From assembly GCA_030141605.1 (NCBI GenBank), contig JAQGDQ010000050.1:445971-509970 (forward strand): a stretch of 64,000 nucleotides of DNA, written 5' to 3'. This document shows, one piece after another, positions 55,373 through 64,000 of the stretch. The stretch comes from Tubiluchus corallicola. Taxonomy: Eukaryota; Animalia; Priapulida. The notes beneath the pieces were generated by a model, which did not search any database, was not told the DNA's origin, and saw only the letters and a program-made list of their open reading frames with translations. The position numbers were made by a program, and so were the translations under genes. The first letter of the stretch is position 1. Every line of letters starts with the position of its first letter.

Positions 55373-55496
55373 CTCAGAGTGGTAATAAATCGCAGTTTGA
55401 AAATTTCCTAGAAGATAGTGCGTGTTTCCAAGATTCCCGCAGGCTCTTCCTTGTGCAGATTCATCCCCATTTTTTATTGCAGATGCTAAAGTGACC
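55373..55496 (-). CDS. GPSM2: GPSM1/2 (AGS3/LGN/Pins)-like protein, TPR exon (first exon found in window)
   Basis: ttctcttttag| acceptor, gag|gtaatt donor, 124 bp, phase 2 to 0. Translates VTLASAIKNGDESAQGRACGNLGNTHYLLGNFQTAIYYHSE, closely resembling LGN 'GDRAAQGRAFGNLGNTHYLLGNF'. Confidence 0.93.
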
Positions 55497-55725
55497 CTAA
55501 AAGAGAAGCTAAATTTAAATACATGTGAATTATTAGGACGTATAAGCTGTTATAACAAGCTCGGCGACGTTTTTGCCATCAGAGGCAATTTGAGAAGCAA
55601 ACGTAAGATATTTCTAAATCAGCAACTAAAAGCAGCCATGGAAAGGAACGCCCGAGAAAGAAAAAGCGCTTTTTTAAATCGTTGATAAATGAAAAAAGAA
55701 ACTGTTGCTGTTGCCAGCTAGAATT

Positions 55726-55759
<34 letters not shown>

Positions 55760-56100
55760 TAATTGATGTGTCTCTAAATTTTTACAAAATGAAAATAAGC
55801 AAAAGCAATAAACTATAATAAAGATGGAAAAGAGACGCCGTGGCGAAAAGACCAACGGTCACCAGGTCAGCCACCTCTATCCAAATTTAAAGAAAATTGA
55901 GTGACCTGTCAAGTAGGTATGTACAAATGACTAATAATCATAAGATATATTATTATATCATATCATATCATATCATATTATATCAAATCATGTTGTTGTT
56001 GTCGTTGGTGTTGTCGTTGTCATTGTCGTTGCCGTTGCCGTTGCCGCTGTCGTTGCCGCTGTCGTTGCCGCTGTCGCTGTTGCTGATGTTGTTGTTGTTA
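55726..56100. repeat. Simple repeat cluster (GTAA)n, (TATCA)n, (GTTGCC/GTTGTC)n
   Basis: Read directly; three separate tracts within the interval. Confidence 0.9.
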
Positions 56101-56349
56101 TTAAAATCAAAATTCATTATATTTTTGCCCATTACCCTACAACGTTCTCGTCGAAGCCTTTCATTTGATACTACGAGCTACTCTTCTTGGACACTGGACA
56201 AATGTATGCGCCCGAACCACCCCTTTTTGGCTTTTGGCACTAGCAAACAATTTTGAGTTTCCTGTAAATTTCCTAAACCGTCACAAGTTTTTAAGTGACA
56301 TATTAAAAATGGGAAATATGAAAAATCTTGAACTTCAAATAAGTTACAA

Positions 56350-56880
56350 AAAAGCAAAATTCAGGACGGGAAAATTTGTAACAGACAGAGGCCCATAATA
56401 ACAGATTGTAGTAGTGCTGAAAAACATATAATACAGCTTCCCTTGAGCGTTACAAACTTTCTTTGCCATGTAAATGTGAAAAAGTATCGAATATCAAGTG
56501 ATTTGGAACAAACGGCAAAATCTGGAGGATGTAACGGTGAATGATTCATACCAACAGATAGAAGAGATGCTGGAGAAAACAGTATCCGTCATTCCAGGTG
56601 TAACAAACTTTCCTTTGGCAAACTAACAAACCATGTAAATGTGAATAAACCCTGACGATCATGAATATTAAACAAATTGCAAAAACTGGCCATATTTAGG
56701 GAAAGGCAGGTTTGTAAAACGCAACGGCCAATATCAACATAATTATAGCAGTAGTGCTGAAAAATATTGCTGAGACGTTACTCACGTTTTCCTGCCATTT
56801 AAACGCGAAGAATATCCCAAATATCAAAGAAACTGAAAAAAGTGGGTAAAATTCGAAGCTGGGAAAGATTGTAACGCCTT
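56350..56880. repeat. Degenerate tandem repeat, about 150-180 bp period
   Basis: gttacaaactttc..gccatgtaaatgtgaa recurs near 56449, 56599 and 56777; gtagtgctgaaaaa near 56410 and 56752; ggaaa..ttgtaac near 56369, 56700 and 56862. Confidence 0.6.
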
Positions 56881-58384
56881 ACCCAATCTTTAGGTAACTA
56901 ATAAGCTAATAAACAATGTTTGTTTTTGTTGAAAATGTACAAACATTTCTGTGGTTACACAAACTCCTTAAACAGAAATGTTCATCAAATGTGAAACACG
57001 GAGAAAACGTGGGAACGATCATGTTTAGTACGGGCAAGCACCTATATCGATAGCTTTTGATGAGGGTAGCTGAAGGTTAACTGAACAAGGTTTCCCACAC
57101 AATTGCTCATGAACTGATCTTATAACTTGAACTACCTACCAACCTAACTACCAACCTACCTACCTACCTGTCTGCCTGTCTGCCTGCTTGCTTGCTGACT
57201 AGCAAACCGAGATGAATGGAGTGTACGGGAAAGCGGTTAACTCTCCTCTGTGAGTTAACAAACGAAAAATGAAACGATTGTAGTACACGTGTAACGTAAC
57301 CGCAGAATTATCATTAATGTTTTGTAGAACAGAAATTAAAATTTTGTCATCACAGTTCAATAAAGACCCAGTTTCGAAATAAAACAGAGAACATTTAAAC
57401 ACAAAACAAACTGAAAAACAAGATATTGTACAACAGTGAAGAAACAATAGATAATAAAATCGAAACAATTGGTTAATAGAAGCAAGAAAAAGAATTGTGA
57501 AGTAAGATTTATGTCTACAGTTACGCTCGCGAACACCCTCTTCGTTCTCGCAGTGCTGCCCACGCAATGTGCGTCAATGTATGGTCGATGGTTGAAAGTC
57601 TAGTTGCGAGCCTACGCGTTAATTTTGAAGTAATATCTTTAAGCTCCTGCAATTAAAAAAATATTACGATCTGGGTCTAACTTTATTTTCCGAGTCAATA
57701 GTTTCGCCCTGTTTGAGATGCGTACAGGCTACAACATCCTGAACAAACCTTACCTGAACATATCATTAGCATTTAATGATGGTACAGATGTTTATCCTAT
57801 ACTCAGGATGTTTTAGCTAAACATACCTTAAAGAGGGCAAAAATATTTAAAGGTGGCAAGAAAGTATGAAGAAATCCAGACGATACTTTAGGAAAATCCC
57901 TTTTTTTAATTTACGGCAGCTTAAAGAATTAACGTCAAAATTAACCGGTAATCTCGCCATTGATGGAATTGTATAGCTCACCCAGAACTAATTAGTGACA
58001 GATTTTAACAAAGTCTGTTGATTGCTTTTTGCCGCAGCTAATTGTAGTGTGAACTCTTCACTTACCATTTAATTTGCTCGCTATACTATCGTGAAATTGT
58101 GTTTTATTTGCATTTACACCTGCACTCGACGCAGTTAACCGTTTGATTAGTGACAACGTAAAACTGCTCGGTAAGCATTTAAATTCGTATCAAAATGGCA
58201 CGGTATAAGTGGCAATAACTCTGGACTTCAGTGCAAGGTTGATCGAACAGGAAAAATATATTAAATTTTAAAATATGGTTATTATAATGTAATTTCAAGA
58301 TTATTATTAATGATGGTACAAACCCACAATTAATTAAATTTTGATACAAACCTGAAAGACAGGAAAAGGCGAAAAAGTTGCAAT

Positions 58385-58452
58385 ACAGCCTGGATTTGAA
58401 CAACGGTCCTTCTGCTTAGAAGGCAGACGTCTTAGACCACTAGGCCAAATTA
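58385..58452 (-). pseudogene. tRNA-Arg(TCT)-derived pseudo-tRNA / SINE head
   Basis: tggcctagtggtctaagacg (A-box/D arm), anticodon arm tctgc-cttctaa-gcaga with TCT, and gttcaaatcc (B-box/T loop). The acceptor stem does not pair. A T5 run follows about 10 nt downstream. Confidence 0.75.
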
Positions 58453-58844
58453 ATTATTCAAAATTTAATTAATCGTGGACTTGATCAGTCATTAATAATA
58501 ATCTTGAGATTAAGATTTAATAAAATACATACGGAAATTTCGAACTCTAAATTAATCGAAATAATCGATCAAATTAATCAAAATCACTCAAGTGTGAGTG
58601 ACATTCAGTAAAGGTCTACACTAGTCCTATCATGCCTGCAGGCCCTATAGCCTACAAAGGTCTAAATCTTGTGGCACTGTTGTTGAAATTCATCCTTGCA
58701 CTACTCAAAACTAGAACGCCTCCTGCCCAGATTGCACCAGTTGTGACAGTCCTATCAAGTGTCTATCAAACATTGTGTCACACAGCAGTCGCCTACAAAG
58801 GGTTGCCACACTATGACCGTTTTTCCGCAAATGTATATGGCGAA

Positions 58845-59338
58845 ATGATGCACTGGCGAAGTGTAGCGTTGTTTCGATATCTATTGTACTATTTGAAACC
58901 ACAACTGGCAAAAAATAGACTGAAGAAATGATGCATTGGCGAAGTGTACTACTCAAATACTATTCAAATACTTACTGCAGTATTTCTAACTATAACTGTC
59001 GAAATGATGCACTGGCGAGGTATAGTACTATTTAGATACTTACTACACTATTTCTTACTGGCGAAACGATACACTGGCGGAATAATGCATTAGCGATGTG
59101 TACTGCTGTTTAAATGTATATTACACTATTCCTAATGTAAACCGGAGAACTGTGCCACTATGTAAATTTGTTGGCCTATTGTATTATTTCTAATAATTAC
59201 TGGCGAAGTGATGTGCTGGCGAAAAGATAGACTGGCGAAACGATAGACTTGCGAAAAGATAGACTGGCGAAATTATAAACTGGCGAAAAGATAGACTGGC
59301 GAAACGATAGTCTGGCGATATGTAGCTCTGGCGAAGTG
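58845..59338 (+). repeat. Tandem array built on ctggcgaa (about 75-bp units grading into 16-bp units)
   Basis: gatagactggcgaaa(a/c) repeated at 59200-59338; longer atgatgcactggcgaagtgta... units at 58845-59200. Confidence 0.88.
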
Positions 59339-59711
59339 GGTTATTAACTTTTCAATGAGTTCCATAAACCTGTGTCACTATTTTACAAGTATGCACTGCT
59401 ACTATCATAAGCTAACAGTTTATGATGCGATTAGGAAGTAGCAGCCAAGATCTTGTCGTCAAGTAAAGTGTTCTTCTTGTTAGAGATTATAGCTGAAATA
59501 TTAAATTCTTCGTTTTCATTAACATAGGCGCAGTATTCACACATATGCAGCTCAGACAAATACAGTGCTGAACAGCTAAAGTATTATTACAGTAAAGCAT
59601 ACTATAAGTATATCTTCACTAGTATATTAGTAGTATACTAAAGAATATCTTTTGCGTTTTCTCAAAATCACCATAGTCCTTCTATGAACTGAAAAATTAA
59701 CTACTCATTAC

Positions 59712-62700
59712 CTCTTCGTGATGTTCTTTTAACGTACTTTACTTAAAATTCTGAGGCGGTTTTAGAGAGTCGTATGTAGCAGTTAACGAGTACCAAGGGA
59801 ATAGCCTTTGCCAACTGCGCTGCTTTTAACTCCGCAGCATATACATTATTCAAGACACTTTGGTCTTCCCGAATAATTGCATCCTCAACAGTTAATATTC
59901 CTCCTGCTAAATCACATTAACTTTGCTACTGGTAATGCTCATTTATTCTACAAATGGTGCTTGTCCCATAAAAGCTAAATTTAAGACTGTTTGTTCATCA
60001 AATAGATCTTCAAGTGGCGCCACACTGGCTTGGATGTAGGCCTCACTTCCCGCCAAAATACCTTGAGAGTATTTAAAAAGGAAGTTCTGCACATCCACTT
60101 TATTCTCCAAACTATCCATAAAAGTGGTATTACTACAAAATTATGAAGGTAATTTATCGTTGAAGCATACTGTTTATTTTCCCCCAGAAAGTATGATGCG
60201 AAATCCTGCAATGATTGTGTCATCATTAATAATAATTAGCATAACAACCAAGTTATTGATTGAATTATAAAACGAAAACAAGTATTATAAATAGTTCAGT
60301 TGCCCTTTAAACCCAAGGTTTAGGAATTTAAGTTCTGCCGTTGGTTTCTAGCATTAAATTTTGTGCGTGATATGAAACCGTCTGATCAACTTGTGAATGT
60401 GGAGAGGTGATGAGCCAGAAAACTTGTCCACGATACAGGTGTATAAGGTAGAAAACGGTTGAGCTTCGGTGTTGGACCTGAAAACGTTAAGTAGGTCAGA
60501 CTTTTTGTAATGGCAGTTTTGCTGAACTTCTGAATGAAAATTACTGCTTTACCATTTTACTACTTTTGATTGCCGCCGTCATAGTTGATGAGTGATAGTT
60601 GGACAGTTAACGGAATCCCAAGCAGCCGATGTTATGGTGATAGTACTTGTGGCTATGATGACTACCTGTGAGCGATAGACGAGAAAGACAGGACCGTCCA
60701 GTGCAGTTCTCTTGTTTTTGGGGAGAGCAAGTGGTGTCTAGAGCTTTCAACTATACCACGGGTTCCCAATCTGCAAGTGACTTACACTTTGCCTTACTAT
60801 GCTGGTGTCGTGGGGTACGGATGGACTAATGGTATTCACAATTGATAGACGTTCGATATAAACATTATCCTACACGAGTTGAGGTCATGCCAGACGTTGA
60901 AATTATGCCTGAAGTTTAGTCCCGAAATGTTTTTTGGATGCTGCAGAGTTGCACGTGACGTCACAGCCCTGAATGCTACTCTTAACCAGTTATTTCGCTT
61001 GGTCCCCAGGGGTGGCTGGTTGTTAGGATTAGCCCTTAGATGAATATTCTATACAGCTAGTTTAGTTATGTTCCAATGGAAATATTGCCAAGTCGTTATA
61101 ATACGTTTAATTACAAACACTGTTCATTTTTGGTGCTATTGCTTAATTTTGCTCATAATTTTGCACAATAACTTTTTCTGATATTTTTGCCAATATCTTG
61201 TTTTGATATATTGTACTTTAATGACGTACTTCATCATTACGCATTTCGTGCCTAGTGTTTCGTTATTAAATTTAATTACGGTATACTATAATTATTATTG
61301 TTGCATCATTGTCATGTTGTATTTAACTCAATTAACAGACAAGCGCTCATACAGAATTCCACAAGACCAATACCATCTTGCAGTGGTAGCGCCCCCCCCC
61401 CCGTAGACCACCAATGCTGCGAAGCCACTATCTGGAGTTTGTGGGTAGATCCCTCTTTAAAGTAAAATTTCATGTAAACTTTTTGCTTGGCCAAGAAATC
61501 TCCAGTGACTACCCTACATCTAGTCAGGCCTGCCCCATTTGCACTAGTCGTAAAAATCGTACCAATTTCCCAGTGAGTGTTCTAGTTTCTTTCCTACCTC
61601 TTTTCTCTTTTCTTACATATGATGTCCATTGGCTGCTGATGCAGCGCTTTATTTGATCACCCCGAGATTTGCAAAGTGGTACAATAAAGCAATGAAAAGA
61701 GTTGCAAGTACACCTCGTGCTTCTGGGCGTCAAAAACAGCGTTAACAATATTATTTCCATCGACGTTGAAAAAAATGAAAACGCTAATGTTTCTTGAGCA
61801 TATTGCTACAAACTAAATTGTAACTGTCGTGCCAAAGGTGTTGGTTTCAACAAAAATACATTCATACAAAAATGATTGTTGTCTTGCAGTTTTGGTTGTT
61901 CAGTAACGCATCTCAGAATATTACCTGAGACAAACCCGCCCTGCCACGACAAAAAGCATTACTAGGCCCTATATTAAATGCTGGATGTTGGCTGCAGAAT
62001 GGCAAACCTGCAGTTACTGCATAAAAAGTGCTCATCGATCTGCTATTCAATATCGCTTGCGTGTTCATTCAATATAGCCCCTACAGGCCAAACATAAAAT
62101 ATACTTATATGATTAGGTCTAATGACCTTTCTAGTCCATTACATTTCTCCTCGTCACGAACATTCATCATAGTTTGCTGCTTGCCCACAGAAATTAATCA
62201 CCCATGACCGATCAAACTGCGTTTATGGCGTTTAGCAACACGTCAGGCGCTAAATAGCTGCAATAGGTTCTCTTGATTCCTTTACCAGCTAAGTGAGCTA
62301 AAGATGAAGCAAAGCTTTCAAATTCTGATAACACTGCGTCTTAATGAGATGTTTTTGAAGCAACGCGAGAACCACTGCACCCTGGGATCTGGCAGAAAAT
62401 GTTGTCCACACTTACTGTCCATAAAATAATATATCTCGTGCCTATTCAAATCGCAAATACAGTAGCAACGAGATAGCTTGGAAAGCTGCTGGACGAATTC
62501 ATTGGTATCGTGATAGAACAAGATTTTTTGTTTTAAAACCTGTTAAGATTCATTATGTAATAGAAGGCGCAATATGTAACAGTGTAGCATTATGTAACAA
62601 ATCACAAAATTTGTCATTTGTGTAGCAAATTTTGTATCATTATGTAACAGTCATTATGCAACCATTTTTGCGTTATTACGTAACAAACTTTATTTAACAA

Positions 62701-63660
62701 AATTAGTACATTAACTAACAAACTAATGAAAGGTTGATCGTGGTCTGTGGATAGACCTTCATGTGTTTTGCTGTTTGCTTCATTTATGGAGCATGATCGA
62801 TTGGTCATGGGAGATCAATTTCTCTCTGGATTCTGGTATGTCTGAGATGTAATCAATCAATGGTCTGGTCTTTTTTGTTAATCAAGTCTTCAGAGGTCTG
62901 GTCTTGGTCTTTGGGTTCTGGTCTGCTTGAGATATGATCTGTCAGTGGCCTGGTCTGGTCTGTGGCTGGTTTGTCTGAAATCTGGTTTTTAAAAGTCTGA
63001 TCACAGACAGCTCAACCACAAACCAAATCTCTGAAAACGAGACCGTAGACAGACTTCTAATAAAACAAAACTCTGAGTATCAGACCACCTGAACAAAAAC
63101 ATAAGCGTACACAAAGCTATGAATAAGTTATACACAAAATATACCATGAAATACAAAATATACAATAGAAGAGAATAACAACGTATATTATGAAACAATC
63201 TTACCCGTAATAGTCTACAGCTTTTAGCAGAGACAATCTAACATCGTCGGGTAATTCCCCTTTTACATCATTACTGTTGTCTTTCATGACTTGAGATTGG
63301 CAAGGATTTTCAGATTTCATACCGTCCACGTTATCGTGCAGTTTGTTCTGTAAGATTAACCGTCAATCAGTTAAACATTTTCACTCTCCAATAAAGTAGT
63401 TTGAATCCGGAGGGCGAGTTTCTAGTAGAAGTCAATGCTGGACAAGTTGAAGCAGAATTACTAACAGTAATAGTCTGTAGCTTGTAAAGGATTTCAGATA
63501 TTTTCCTTGGGAATTCAGCGTGTTAAATTGTTCACTGGTTCAATTAAAAACTGATTTGAGGCGTAACAGCCGATTCGACACCAGTATGAAAAAGGTTTGT
63601 GGTTACTCCAGTGCTGACACTTGGAGTATTTGTAGTAAAGAATGAAGCATTTATAATCTT
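59712..63660 (-). pseudogene. Decayed multi-exon coding-like sequence of unknown family (TE-borne gene or pseudogene)
   Basis: Long protein-like frames with scattered stops, e.g. FMDSLENKVDVQNFLFKYSQGILAGSEAYIQASVAPLEDLFDEQTVLNLAF, CDLAGGILTVEDAIIREDQSVLNNVYAAELKAAQLAKAIPLVL, RGIYPQTPDSGFAALVVYG and KGELPDDVRLSLLKAVDYY. GT/AG signals at 63204, 62540 and 59711. Confidence 0.45.
62550..63000 (-). repeat. Interspersed composite repeat, copy 2
   Basis: cattatgtaac subrepeats at 62550-62690 and ggtct-rich subrepeats at 62860-63000; same block order as 340-660 when read on the minus strand. Confidence 0.8.
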
Positions 63661-64000
63661 ACTATAAGTAGATTATAAGCTATTATAGGTTATTTGGAGA
63701 GACCAAAGATTTAAAACTATGTCGCTTTGTGTTTTATATTTTGAGGGTAATAATGATATAAACAGTGGATTTCTACTTAATGGATTTCTACTTAACTACT
63801 AAGTTCTCGCTCTCTTATAATAAATGTATTTCAGTGAAAACACAGCAAATAGGAAAAGCACTACGAAGCCGTAGGGAGATGGTATTTTAAAAGCTTCGCA
63901 TCACTTCAATTACAGAGCAGTGGAGGGCACTAATGACAAATAACATTTGCGCAGATCAATTTGTTACTGTTTGAAGATGGGAGACACGACGTGGGACGCT

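Noticed and set aside
58385-58452. Functional tRNA-Arg gene
   Set aside because: The acceptor stem does not pair and the T stem is imperfect.

Overview
AT-rich, microsatellite-rich eukaryotic DNA, most likely from an invertebrate metazoan; there is no prokaryotic operon structure. Almost all ORFs in the supplied track are chance ORFs or translated microsatellites. The one clearly intact protein-coding signal is missed by the track: five phase-compatible minus-strand exons (55496-55373, 47647-47532, 46941-46781, 43750-43647, 41476-41388) encoding the C-terminal TPR repeats of a GPSM1/2 (AGS3/LGN/Pins)-like protein. I found none of its upstream exons in the window and no canonical GoLoco exon in the 41 kb downstream. 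On the plus strand near 5.1-7.35 kb is an intron-containing, multiply disabled pseudogene of a Golgi carbohydrate sulfotransferase (Sulfotransfer_2/CHST8-14 family). The rest is intronic/intergenic DNA with decayed transposons: a CR1 LINE with a 12-bp TSD, a 5'-inverted LINE, L2/CR1-group fragments, Penelope-like, Academ, Harbinger and hAT remnants, and MITEs. It also holds tandem arrays and fold-back structures, including a tRNA-Arg-like sequence between inverted arms, a 290-bp Penelope-like palindrome and a 31-bp-stem hairpin. All calls come from manual reading and translation; no database searches were run. I cannot support a claim of a wholly new biological system, only several leads worth testing.
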